Shown here piece after piece: positions 34,446 through 45,555 of a stretch of 64,000 bases of DNA. Below the pieces are notes generated by a model, which saw only the letters and a list, made by a program, of their open reading frames with translations, had not been told where the DNA came from and did not search any database. Source of the stretch: an uncultured delta proteobacterium (lineage in GTDB: Bacteria; Myxococcota; Myxococcia; Myxococcales; Anaeromyxobacteraceae); NCBI GenBank assembly GCA_963766715.1, contig CAVYBH010000008.1, positions 224,001 to 288,000 on the forward strand. The letters are read 5' to 3'. Both the position numbers and the translations under genes were made by a program. The stretch's first letter is position 1. Every line of letters begins with the position of its first letter.

Positions 34446-35332
34446 CTCCCCTCCCCCGCCGTCCGGCGCCGCGTCGCCGTGAGCAGCCGGTCGGCCCCCA
34501 TCCGCGCGCACCATTCCTCGAAGCGGTCGCGCGGAATCCCGGTCCAGCGAAGCTCGTCGAACGACTCCTCCAGCGGAACGCTGGAGACGAGGGTGGCGAG
34601 CCGCCGGTAGAGCAGGACGTCCTCCTGCCCGGACGCGAGCGTCGCCGCCAGCGCCGCCGCGCCCCGGACCCCGGGCGGCCACGACCCGGCCTCGTGCGGG
34701 ATGGCCTCGAGGTGGACGTGGGCGGCGAGCAGGGCCGCCGCGGTCTTCTCCCCGAATCCGGGCAGCCCCGGGATCCCGTCGGCGGTGTCGCCCACCAGCG
34801 CGAGGAAGTCGGGCACGCTCTCCGGCCCGATCCCGCGCCGCGCGCGAAGCGCGGCCTCGTCGATGACCCGGCCGCGGATGCGGTCCACCTGCACCACCCG
34901 GGATCCCTCCAGGCACTGTCCCAGGTCCTTGTCCGGCGTGAGGATCCGGACCTGCTCCACCTGGTCCCGGAATCGCGCGGCGGCCGTGGCCAGCGCGTCG
35001 TCGGCCTCGAACTCCCGCATGGACCAGACGACCAGGCCGAGCGCGCGCGCCGCCTCCTCGGCGGCGTCGAACTGGGCGAGCAGCTCGGGCGGGACGCCCT
35101 CCTCGGTCTTGTAGCCGGGGAAGAGGTCGTTCCGGAAGGAGCGGATGGGGTTGTCGAAGGCGACGGCCACGTGGCTGACCGCCTCACCGGGGTCGTGGAG
35201 CAGGGCGAGGAGGTTCGTCGCCAGGCCGACCACCGCCTTCGCCTCGACCCCGGCGGGGGTCCGGTGCCCGGGCCGCTTCGTGAAGTGGGCCCGGAACAGC
35301 TCGAAGGTGCCGTCGACCAGGTGGAGGCGCAT
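34442..35332 (-). CDS. Standalone 5'-3' exonuclease/flap endonuclease (PolI N-terminal-like)
   Basis: [53 protein letters not shown]. Confidence 0.9.
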   Translation of the reverse strand: MRLHLVDGTFELFRAHFTKRPGHRTPAGVEAKAVVGLATNLLALLHDPGEAVSHVAVAFDNPIRSFRNDLFPGYKTEEGVPPELLAQFDAAEEAARALGLVVWSMREFEADDALATAAARFRDQVEQVRILTPDKDLGQCLEGSRVVQVDRIRGRVIDEAALRARRGIGPESVPDFLALVGDTADGIPGLPGFGEKTAAALLAAHVHLEAIPHEAGSWPPGVRGAAALAATLASGQEDVLLYRRLATLVSSVPLEESFDELRWTGIPRDRFEEWCARMGADRLLTATRRRTAGEGS

Positions 35333-35371
35333 GCCGGGGCGTATCGGGGCGGGCCGGCCGGCGCCATTCGC

Positions 35372-35409
35372 TTGCGTTCGAACGGATGTTCAGTATCCTT
35401 CCGTTCAGG
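35372..35409 (+). promoter_or_regulatory. recA promoter with overlapping LexA (SOS) box
   Basis: TTGCGT-N16-TATCCT with CGAACGGATGTTC (35379-35391) in the spacer; extra GTTCAGG at 35403. Confidence 0.65.
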
Positions 35410-35504
35410 TGCGGTGTCGGACCCCCCTGCTATGAGGCGGGTCGTCGGAACGAACGAACGGACGTACGAGGGGGCGCGGCGCGCCCCGACAAGGAGCGGT
35501 GAAG

Positions 35505-36581
<1,077 letters not shown>

Positions 36582-36638
36582 CGGCCGTCCCGGGAGGGAG
36601 TCCCACCGCGGCGCCGCGCAGGGTACACTCGGCGTTCC

Positions 36639-38032
36639 ATGGGTGGGCCCCTCGACACGAAGGACTGGCTGGCCACGGCGATCGACGCCCGGCTGGCCGA
36701 CCACGACCCGGCGGCCGTCCGGGGGCGGCTGCCGCGCGAGTTGCGCGACTCCGACCCGGAGGGGCCCGACGTCGAGGCCCGGGCGCGCATGCTGGTGGCC
36801 CGTTCGCTCCGTCACCGGCTCCTCGACCGGCAGGCACAGCGACGACGAGTCCGCGGTCGGGACGATGGACGGCCACGTCGGCATGATCCTCGACCTGGCC
36901 GCCCTCCTCGACGTCCCGTACGAGCGCGACCTGCGGCGGGCCGAGCTGGCCGCCATCCTGGCCGCGGGCTCGGGCGACATCGCGCTCGGGCTCAAGGCCG
37001 CTCCGGCCAAGGGCGTCCCCCCCTCCCCGGCCGTCGTCCGGCGCGCCCTGGTGAAGGCGGGAGAGCGGTTGCTCCGCGTCCACTTCCCCCCGGAGACCCC
37101 GCCAACGGGTTGCCCCTCTACGCGGGGACGGTGACCATCCAGCGGCGGCTCCTGGCCCGGATGGCGCTCGACTACTTCCAGGGGGGCGGGCTCGACGCCG
37201 ACGCCGCCATCGCCGACCTCGACCAGGCCCGGGAGGAGGAGTTGCTCCTCGTCGAGGCGCTCGCCGGGCTCGCCACGGCCAATCCCCTGCTCCCTCGCCC
37301 CGACCGGCGCGTCGTGTCCCGGCAGGTCGAGCGCATCGGCCTCGACCGGGAACGGGTCCAGGCGGCCCGCGCCGCCGCGGCCTCCCCCCGGGATCCGGAA
37401 GAGATCGTCGCCGACACCCCCCCTCGGCTGCGGAACTTCCTGGCGGAGCAGATCCTTCTCGCCTCCCTCGGCATGGCGGCCGGCTCCACGCCCCGGGCCG
37501 AGTACGTGGCCCGCTTCGCCGCGGCCGCCGAGATCCCCCCGAGCGGCTGGCCGCCATGCAGGTGGAGGCGGCCGCCTTCCACGCCGACCACCAGGAGTGG
37601 TTCCGGGCCTTCGGCCTGCCGGCCGAGGCCGAATGGGGCGAGCTCGCCGACGAGTGGAACGAGTTCGGGGAGCGGATGGTGGACAAGGTGGCCACGGTCG
37701 TCACCGAGAACCTGGACGCCATCGCGGTGGAGTTCCGCGAGACCGGCGAGCTGGGATCGCTGCTCGCCAAGGCCGCTGCCGGGCAGCCGCTCGACGCCAG
37801 CGAGCGGAAGAAGGTGAAGGAGCAGCTCATCGACCTGGCCAAGGCGGTGCCGGCGCTCGCCATCTTCGCGGCGCCGGGCGGCATGGTCCTGCTCCCGCTG
37901 CTCGCCAAGCTCCTTCCCTTCGACCTTCTCCCCTCGGCCTTCGTCTCCAAGCGCGAGGCCTCCCGGGAGGCCGCCCGGAAGGAGCGGGACGCGGCCGCCC
38001 AGCGGCGCAAGACCGTGCGCGGCAAGACCTGA
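36639..38032 (+). CDS. Hypothetical protein with C-terminal LETM1-like domain (three or more frameshifts)
   Basis: C-terminal [45 protein letters not shown] resembles the LETM1 membrane-proximal motif. Confidence 0.6.
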
Positions 38033-38064
38033 GCGCCGCCCGCTTCCGCGGTATACCTCCGCCC

Positions 38065-38991
38065 ATGCGCATCGCCTTCCTCGGCACGCCGGCCTTCGCC
38101 GTCCCGTCGCTCGACGCGCTCCAGGGGGCCGGCCACGAGGTCGTGGCCGTGGTGGCCCAGCCCGATCGCCCCGCGGGGCGGGGCCAGGAGCTCCGCGAGC
38201 CGGCCACCAAGGCGTGGGCGCGGGCGCGGGGCGTGCCCGTGCTGCAGCCGCTCAAGGTGAGGGACGGCGCGCTGGCCGCGGCGCTCGGGGCGCTGGCGCC
38301 GGACCTGCTCGTGGTCGTGGCCTACGGGCGCATCCTGGGCGAGGACCTCCTCGGGCTGGCGCCCCAGGGCGCGGTGAACGTCCACGCCTCGCTCCTCCCC
38401 CGGTTCCGGGGCGCGGCGCCCATCCAGTGGGCCGTCGCGGAGGGAGAGCGGGAGACCGGCGTCACCATCATGCAGATGGACGCCGGGCTCGACACCGGCG
38501 ACATCCTCCTGCAGCGCGCGCTCCTCGTCGGCGAGGACGACGCCGAGGCCCTCGCCATCCGCCTCGCGGCCCTGGGCGGCGAGGCCCTGGTGACCGCGCT
38601 TCGCCTCCTCGAGGAGGGGCGGATCCTGCCGGTCCGGCAGGACGGCGCGCGCGCCACGCTGGCCCCCGTGCTGGAGAAGGAGCACGCGCGGCTCGACTTC
38701 CGGCTCCCCGCGGCGCGGCTCGCCGCCCGGATCCTCGGCTTCCGCCCCTGGCCGGGCGCCTTCACCACGCTCGGCGGACGCACGCTCAAGGTCCACGCGG
38801 CCGCGCCCGCCGACGGCGCCGGGCTCGCCCCTGGCGCGGCCCGGGCCACGCCAGGCGGGCTGCTCGTCGGGTGCGGAGACGGCTCCGGGCTGCTCCTGCG
38901 GGAGGTGCAGCTGGAGGGAAAGCGCCGGGTCCCGGCGGCCGAGTTCCTGATGGGCCACCCCCTTCCCGCCGGCGCGGTGCTGGGCACATGA
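38065..38991 (+). CDS. fmt: Methionyl-tRNA formyltransferase
   Basis: [45 protein letters not shown]. Confidence 0.97.
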   Translation: MRIAFLGTPAFAVPSLDALQGAGHEVVAVVAQPDRPAGRGQELREPATKAWARARGVPVLQPLKVRDGALAAALGALAPDLLVVVAYGRILGEDLLGLAPQGAVNVHASLLPRFRGAAPIQWAVAEGERETGVTIMQMDAGLDTGDILLQRALLVGEDDAEALAIRLAALGGEALVTALRLLEEGRILPVRQDGARATLAPVLEKEHARLDFRLPAARLAARILGFRPWPGAFTTLGGRTLKVHAAAPADGAGLAPGAARATPGGLLVGCGDGSGLLLREVQLEGKRRVPAAEFLMGHPLPAGAVLGT

Positions 38992-40310
38992 ACGCGAGGG
39001 AGATCGCCTTCGACGTGCTCCGGCGGGTCGAGGAGGGCGGGGCCTACGCCTCGAGAGCCCTCGACGCGGCCCTCGGCCAGGCCGGGGCCATCGACCCGAG
39101 GGAGTCGGCGCTCGCCACCGAGCTCGTCTACGGCACCCTTCGCCGCGCCCTCCAGCTCGACGCGGCCCTGGCGCCGCACTCGCGGCGGGCGACCGACCGG
39201 GTCGACCCGGCCGCCCGCGTCGCGCTCCGGCTCGGGGCCTACCAACTGCTCTTCCTGCGAACCCCGTCCCACGCCGCGGTCGGGGAGAGCGTGGCGCTCG
39301 TGAAGGGGGTCGACCACGGCCGGGCCGCGGGGTACGTGAACGCGGTCCTCCGGTCGCTCTCCCGCGCCCCCTCCCCTCCCTCGCCGCCGCCCGCGGACCT
39401 CGACCCGGTCGCGAACCTGGCCGTGTCGGAGTCGCTGCCCGGCTGGCTCGCCGCAGAGTGGATCGCCTGGCTCGGCCCGGAGCGGGCCCGGACGCTGGCG
39501 GCGGCGATGAACCGCCCGGCGCCGCTCGTCCTGCGCTCGCCGCGGCGGGAGGAGCTGCTCGCCCGGCTCGCCGGGGCCGGGATCGCGTCCCGCGCCACCA
39601 ATCGCTCGCCCCATGGCGTGGCCGTCGAGGGCACCTCGGTGGAGCAGGTGTCCCGCGCCGCGGCGGGCATCCCGTTCCAGGTCCAGGACGAGTCGGCCCA
39701 GCTGGTCACCCTCTTCGCGGCCGCGGATCTCGCGGGCGGGCCGCCGGTGAGGGTCCTCGACCTCTGCGCGGCGCCGGGCGGGAAGGCCTTCCACCTGGCC
39801 GAGATCCTTCCGCCCGGGTCCGAGGTGGTGGCGGTCGAGATCCACCCGCGCAAGGCGGACGCGCTCCGGCGGGAGGCCGAGAGCCGCGGTCACGCCGGCC
39901 TGCGCGTCCTCTGCGCCGACGGCTCGAAGCCCATCCCGGGCATCGAGCCCGGCAGCTTCGACGCGGTGCTCGTCGACGCGCCCTGCGCCGGACTGGGGAC
40001 GCTGCGCCGCCACCCCGAGCTGAAGCTCCGTCGGGTCGCCGCCGACCTCCCGCGCTTCGCCAATCTCCAGCAGGCCATCCTCGCGAACGCCCTGCGCTAC
40101 GCGAAGCCGGGCGCCGCGGTGACCTACTCGGTCTGCTCCCTCTCCCGGGCCGAGGGGCCCGCGCTCGTCGCCCGGTTCGCCGGGAGCACCCGGAGGTCCC
40201 CGCCGCCGCCGCTCGTCCCGGCGGACCTGCTCACCCCCGAGGGCGACCTCCTCACCCTGCCCGACCGGCACGCCGGCGACGGCTTCTACGCCGCGCGGCT
40301 CGTGGTCTAG
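38988..40310 (+). CDS. rsmB: 16S rRNA m5C967 methyltransferase (Sun)
   Basis: NusB-like N-terminus ([14 protein letters not shown]); [28 protein letters not shown]; follows fmt. Confidence 0.92.
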   Translation: MNAREIAFDVLRRVEEGGAYASRALDAALGQAGAIDPRESALATELVYGTLRRALQLDAALAPHSRRATDRVDPAARVALRLGAYQLLFLRTPSHAAVGESVALVKGVDHGRAAGYVNAVLRSLSRAPSPPSPPPADLDPVANLAVSESLPGWLAAEWIAWLGPERARTLAAAMNRPAPLVLRSPRREELLARLAGAGIASRATNRSPHGVAVEGTSVEQVSRAAAGIPFQVQDESAQLVTLFAAADLAGGPPVRVLDLCAAPGGKAFHLAEILPPGSEVVAVEIHPRKADALRREAESRGHAGLRVLCADGSKPIPGIEPGSFDAVLVDAPCAGLGTLRRHPELKLRRVAADLPRFANLQQAILANALRYAKPGAAVTYSVCSLSRAEGPALVARFAGSTRRSPPPPLVPADLLTPEGDLLTLPDRHAGDGFYAARLVV

Positions 40311-40318
40311 ACTGCCCC

Positions 40319-40993
40319 ATGCGCATGCCCATCCGCATCGCCCCCTCCATCCTCTCGGCCGACTTCGGCCGGCTCGCCGACGAGGTCCGCGCCGTCGAGG
40401 CCGGCGGCGCCGACTGGATCCACGTCGACGTCATGGACGGACGGTTCGTCCCCAACATCACCATCGGTCCGCTGGTCGTCGAGGCGGTGCGGAAGGTGAC
40501 GAAGCTGCCGGTCGACGTGCACCTCATGATCGTCGAGCCGGAGCGGTACGTGGAGGCCTTCGCGAAGGCGGGCGCCGACCTGATCTCCGTGCACGCGGAG
40601 GTCTCGCCCCACCTCCACCGGACGATCCAGGCCATCCGGGGCGCCGGCGCCCGGCCGTCGGTCTCGCTCAACCCGGCCACGCCCCTCGACTGCCTCGAGT
40701 ACGTGCTCGGCGATCTCGACATGGTGCTCCTCATGACCGTCAACCCGGGCTTCGGCGGGCAGAGCTACATCCCCGCCGTGACCGAGAAGGTGCGGCGGCT
40801 CCGGCGCATGGCCGACGAGCGCGGCCAGCAGCTGGAGATCCAGGTGGACGGCGGCATCAAGCCCTCCACCGTGGGCGCGGTGGCGGAAGCCGGTGCGAAC
40901 GCCTTCGTGGCCGGCACGGCGGTCTTCGGCGCGAGCGACTATCGTGCGGCCATCCAGGCCATCCGCGTCGCGGCCGAGCGCGGCCAGGCCTAG
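40319..40993 (+). CDS. rpe: Ribulose-phosphate 3-epimerase
   Basis: [40 protein letters not shown]. Confidence 0.97.
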   Translation: MRMPIRIAPSILSADFGRLADEVRAVEAGGADWIHVDVMDGRFVPNITIGPLVVEAVRKVTKLPVDVHLMIVEPERYVEAFAKAGADLISVHAEVSPHLHRTIQAIRGAGARPSVSLNPATPLDCLEYVLGDLDMVLLMTVNPGFGGQSYIPAVTEKVRRLRRMADERGQQLEIQVDGGIKPSTVGAVAEAGANAFVAGTAVFGASDYRAAIQAIRVAAERGQA

Positions 40994-41029
40994 GGCGCAT
41001 CCCACGGCCTCCGGCTCTCGCCGGGGCCG

Positions 41030-41662
41030 CTACCGGGGGAAGGCCCGCCGGATCTCCGGATGGGCCCCGAGCTCCTCGAGCGCCCGCCCGAGGAGCGACT
41101 TCCCGGGCTCGACCTTGAACCAGGTGGAGGCCCCGCTGGGATGGGGCAGCGGGATCACGTCCACGGCCACCCCGTGATACTCGAGGTGAATCCGGCGCCC
41201 CACCACCTCGTCGAGGCGGGGGCCGCGCCCCAGCACCTGCTCGATGGCGAGGCGGCCCACCGGGATGACCAGCCGGGGGCGCAGGATGTCCACCTCGCGG
41301 GCCAGGAAGCCGCGGCTGGCCTCGATCTCGGCCGGCGAGGGAACCCGGTCGCCGCCCCCGCTCGTCTTGCCCGGGAAGGCGCGCACCACCGCGGCCATGT
41401 AGACCCGCTCGCGGAACTGGTCCTCGGTGGCGCCGAAGGAGCGCCCCATCCAGGCGAAGAGCGTCTTGCCCGCGGTCCAGGCGAAGGGGCGGCCGAACTT
41501 CGCCTCGTGCGGCCCGGGCGCCTGGCCGAGCAGGAACACGCGGGAGAGGACCGGCGGCCCGTGGACCGGCGGCCCGGCGAAGCCCGGCATGCGCAGCGCG
41601 CGGATGTCGCGCTGGACCTCCTCGAGCGCCGCCTCGCGTGCGGCCCGGCTCAGTCGCGCCAC
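41030..41662 (-). CDS. Uracil-DNA glycosylase superfamily protein (family 4/5-like, lacks Cys)
   Basis: GQAPG..E...GRPF...AGKTL motif A; GDRVP; LPHPSGAS motif B. Confidence 0.85.
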   Translation of the reverse strand: MARLSRAAREAALEEVQRDIRALRMPGFAGPPVHGPPVLSRVFLLGQAPGPHEAKFGRPFAWTAGKTLFAWMGRSFGATEDQFRERVYMAAVVRAFPGKTSGGGDRVPSPAEIEASRGFLAREVDILRPRLVIPVGRLAIEQVLGRGPRLDEVVGRRIHLEYHGVAVDVIPLPHPSGASTWFKVEPGKSLLGRALEELGAHPEIRRAFPR

Positions 41663-42586
41663 GGCTCCTCGGGGACCGAGTAGATCCAGCCCTCGCTGCG
41701 CGGGACGTTGTGGGGCACCTGCTCGAACGAGCCCGACTGCGCCGAGGCGGCCGCCACCGCGCCCAGGACCGCGTCGAGGTGCACGCCGTTCCCGTCGCCC
41801 ACGATCTGCGCGGCCTGCTCCATCTCGAAGCGGAGCCGCGCCGCGCTCCGCAGGAGCCTCAGCAGGCCCGCCCGGATTCCGGGGCGGCCGGCGCCGTCGC
41901 CGTCCCGGTAGCCGCAGAATCCCGGCCAGCGTCCGCGGGACATGCGCCGGGTGGACCTCGACGACGGTGGGCCGGTCCGGTCGAGGTGCGTCCCAGGGCA
42001 GGATCGCGGCCTCCATCCCGGACAGGGCCACGATCCCGAAGACGGCGCGTCGCATGGCGGTGGTCCGCCCGGACGGCGGGACGACGGCGCGATAGCAGTC
42101 GGTGACGCGCGGGCGGTCGCGCCCCACCTCGCCCCGGACCGCGTCGGCCGCCGCGCCCACGTCGGCGCCGGCCGGCATGTAGCGCTCGGCCAGCGCACGC
42201 CCCAGCGCACCGGGCCCGGCGATGGCCTGCCGCAGGATGCCCAGCTGGCGGAGGTGGGTCTCGGCCAGGCTGAAGGGAAAGTCGAAGCCGACCGTGAGTC
42301 GCCCCTTCGCGGCGCGCGACTCGTCGGCGAGCCAGTCGCCGATCCGGGCGATGACCTCGAGCCGGGCCGGGGTGTCGAGGAAAGGGCGCCAGAGCCGGGC
42401 CAGCCGGACCCGGTCGGGCTCGCACTCCAGCTGCGCCGCGACGATCTGCCCGCCTGCGCCCATCGCGGCGCTCCAGGCCACGCCCACGAAGGTGCCGCGC
42501 GCCGGCATCGCCAGCCTGGGCTGCGGGCACCGTCCGGGGATCCCCGGGGAGGGGCTCTCCTCGTCGTCTGCGGGTGGGCGGGCCAT
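41650..42586 (-). CDS. DUF429-like predicted nuclease (frameshift near 41920; alternative start at 42508)
   Basis: FVGVAWSAA, VGFDFPFSL, VEVHPA, LDAVLGA and EGWIY match the DUF429/RNase H-like pattern. Confidence 0.6.
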
Positions 42587-42683
42587 GAGAGGCACGTCTA
42601 CCCGCACCGGGGCCTGGGGGCAAACCTCGGGCGGGGCGGATCCCCTGCTGGGCCGGCGCCCGGGCCCGGCGTACCATCCCCGC

Positions 42684-43552
42684 GTGAGCGCTCCCGACGA
42701 CCTGCCCGTCCGGGGCGGCCTGCACCGCCTCGTCGATCGCCTGGCGATGGCGGCCGAGGACCGGGTGAGCCGGCCGCCGGTCCCCTGGCGAGCGGGGCCG
42801 GCGGGCCCCCTCGATCCCTTCGGTCCCCCGGGGCGCCTGCCCCCGCTGCGGGTGACCGGCGCGTCGCGCCCGCGCCGGGGCACGGCAATCCTCCTGCCCC
42901 CGTGGAAGTTCCGGAGTCCGGTCGTCCTCTCCGGCTGGGTCCGCTCGCTCGCCCGGTCCGGGCTCGAGGTGTGGCTGGCGGTCCCCCCCTCCACCTGGAG
43001 AGAACGCCGCCGGGAGGGCGCAGCGGAGAGGGCGTGGTCTCGCCCGACCTGGACCGGATGCGCGGGGTGCTCGAGCAGGCGGTGCTCGAGGCCAGGGCCT
43101 GCGCCGTCCGGGCCTCGGCGCTGGGCGGGGAGGTCGCCGTGGTGGGGCTCTCCTTCGGCGCGCTGGTGGCCGCCTGGGTGGCGACGGGCCCGGAGCGCGT
43201 CGACCGGGTCGCGCTCGTGGCGCCGCCGGCGGACCTGGGGGCCGTCTTCCGCGACACGCCCATCGGCGGCCGGTACGCGGCGCTGGCGGAGCGCGCCGGT
43301 GCGCCCTTGCCGGCCGGCGACGAGCTCGAGCGGCGGCTCGACTGGCTCGTCCCGCTGGGCCGGCGCCCGACCTGCGGCCGCGTCCTCGTGGCCGGCGGCG
43401 CGCACGACGCCATCGCGGTGGGCGGTGCGCAGGCCATCGCCCGGGCCTGGGGGGTGCCGCTCCGCGAGTTCCCCCGCGGGCACCTGACCTTGCTCTTCGG
43501 CTGCCCGGGCGTGCGGCGCGAGGTGGCGCGCTTCGCCGCGGGCGCCGACTGA
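42684..43552 (+). CDS. Alpha/beta hydrolase (frameshift near 42985)
   Basis: GLSFG nucleophile elbow; AGGAHDAI Asp; RGHLTL His. Confidence 0.75.
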
Positions 43553-43565
43553 CGCCGGACGCCTC

Positions 43566-44558
43566 CTAGGGCTTCTTCCCGGCCCGCTGCGCGTCGCGGA
43601 GCGCCTTCACCTCGTCGAAGAACGCGGCCGGGACCACCTCGCCCCGCACGACCGGCCAGGACTTCTCGGCGACCGCGCGCCAGGCGGCGGCGTCGACCTT
43701 CACCACCTTGAGCCCCTGCTTCTCCATGGCGGCGACCGCATCCACGTTGAGCCGGGCCACCTCGTCGTCGACCTTCTTGCCGAGCTCCTTGGCGATGGCG
43801 AGGAGCTTGGGGCGGAGGTCGGCGGGGATCTTGTCCCAGGCGTCCTTGCGGATCACGGTGGCCCCCACCAGCCAGCCCCAGTTCACGTCGATCATGTACG
43901 GGGCCTTCTCGAAGAGGCGCGCGGTGAGGACGTAGAGGGGCACGTTGGGGATGCAGTCGATCATGCCGGTCTGGAGGGAGGTGATCACGTCGGTGGAGGA
44001 GAGCACCACCGGGTTGAAGCCGGCCGCCTTCCAGGCCTTCACGCTGCCGGGATCGCCTTCCCAGGCGAAGATCTTGGCGCCTGCCGCCTCGGCCGGCGTC
44101 TTGAAGGGCTTCGTGCAGAAGAGCTTGATGGCGCCGATGGCCCCCCAGGTCAGCGAGACGTAGCCCTTCTTCTCGAGCAGCGCGTCGAGCTTGGGCTCGA
44201 GCACGGGCAGCGCCCGCTGCAGCTCGGCGGCGCTGTCGAACATGAGGGGGGCGGCGAGCGCCTGCGGCTCGGCCGCGATGTCGTGGAGACCGACGGTGGT
44301 GACGGCGGCGCCCTGGAGCTGCCCCACCGCCATCTTCCGCACCATCTCGCCCTCGTTGCCCTGGGTGCCTCCGGCGTAGACGCGGAGCTTCACCGTGCCG
44401 TTCGAGGCCTGGCTCCACTTCTCGGCCATCTCCTTCAGGATCTCGTGCCAGGTCGATCCGTTGGGGGCGAGCGTGCCCAGCTTCACCTGCACCTGCTGCT
44501 GGGCCATGGCCGGGACGGCGACGGCGAGGCAGACCGCTGCGAGAAGGGTCTTCTTCAC
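43566..44558 (-). CDS. dctP: TRAP transporter substrate-binding protein (DctP/TatP)
   Basis: Signal peptide; KLGTLAPNGSTW, YAGGTQGNE...RKM..GQL, SLQTGMID. Confidence 0.88.
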   Translation of the reverse strand: MKKTLLAAVCLAVAVPAMAQQQVQVKLGTLAPNGSTWHEILKEMAEKWSQASNGTVKLRVYAGGTQGNEGEMVRKMAVGQLQGAAVTTVGLHDIAAEPQALAAPLMFDSAAELQRALPVLEPKLDALLEKKGYVSLTWGAIGAIKLFCTKPFKTPAEAAGAKIFAWEGDPGSVKAWKAAGFNPVVLSSTDVITSLQTGMIDCIPNVPLYVLTARLFEKAPYMIDVNWGWLVGATVIRKDAWDKIPADLRPKLLAIAKELGKKVDDEVARLNVDAVAAMEKQGLKVVKVDAAAWRAVAEKSWPVVRGEVVPAAFFDEVKALRDAQRAGKKP

Positions 44559-44575
44559 TTTGAGTATCTCCCGTT

Positions 44576-45490
44576 TCAGCTGAAGAGGTCGTCGGCGTGG
44601 TCGAGCAGCGCGCGGGCGCGGCGCTGGGCCAGCACGTTGGCGAGGCGGAACTCGGGGGCGGCGTCCACGTCGGCGGCCAGCACCTGCTTCAGGATCCGCT
44701 CGAACTCCTGGCGGTTCTGCTGGTGGACGAGCACCGTCTCGGCGTAGCTCACCTGCGCGCCCAGCTTCCTGCCGCCGGAGAGCTGCAGGGCGCGGTCGAG
44801 ATAGGCCCGGGCGACCGCGGCGCCGCCGCCCTCGGCGGGCGTCCGGGTTCCCTCGTAGGTGACGAAGAACTCCTGGAACGCGCCGTGGTCGAAGCCGTAG
44901 TCGAGGGCCATGCCCCGGCGCATCATCGCCACCGGGGCGGGAAGCTCGGAGACCAGCCCCATGTCCGTCTTGCCGTTCGAGATGGCGAGCGCCCAGGCGG
45001 CGGCGGTCCAGTAGAGGACCCGCGCATCCTCCGGCCCGAGCAGCTCGAGCGTGGGCTCGAGATCGCGCGCGGAGAGGAGCTTCTTCGTGATGCCCTTGTA
45101 GCGCCCCTCGAGCGCCCGGAGCCCGTAGTTCCGGGCGCGCAGGAAGAGCTTCTTCGCGCGCTCGTGCCCCTCCCGGGCCTGGACGGTGCGCCCCGCCATC
45201 TCGTCCATGTCGGCGTCCTGGAGCACGAAGGCCCAGGCGTACTGGGTGTAGCTGGAGGCGAGGCTGACGAGGAGCTGGTCGTCGTCGGGGATCTCGGCGA
45301 CGAGCCCGTCCATCGTCTTCAGGCCGAAGGGAACGGCGGCGCGCACCAGCTCGGGATCGTCCTCGCGGGCCATCACGTCGCCGCTGCCGGCGAACGCACC
45401 CGCGGCGATCTTGGCGCCCGTATACCTGCAGCCGGCCAGCAGGAGGGGCGCGATCGACACGACGAGGAGCCTGTTTTTCCAGGTTTTCAC
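44576..45490 (-). CDS. TRAP transporter T-component lipoprotein (TatT)
   Basis: Lipobox LAGC; EDDPELVRAAVPFGLK, YTQYAWAF, ARNYGLRAL; helical; co-transcribed with dctP. Confidence 0.85.
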   Translation of the reverse strand: MKTWKNRLLVVSIAPLLLAGCRYTGAKIAAGAFAGSGDVMAREDDPELVRAAVPFGLKTMDGLVAEIPDDDQLLVSLASSYTQYAWAFVLQDADMDEMAGRTVQAREGHERAKKLFLRARNYGLRALEGRYKGITKKLLSARDLEPTLELLGPEDARVLYWTAAAWALAISNGKTDMGLVSELPAPVAMMRRGMALDYGFDHGAFQEFFVTYEGTRTPAEGGGAAVARAYLDRALQLSGGRKLGAQVSYAETVLVHQQNRQEFERILKQVLAADVDAAPEFRLANVLAQRRARALLDHADDLFS

Positions 45491-45555
45491 GGGGTTCGCG
45501 TGCTATCTCTAAGCGCCTCCTCGCGGGTCGTCAATCGCGACACCCATGTGACGAC

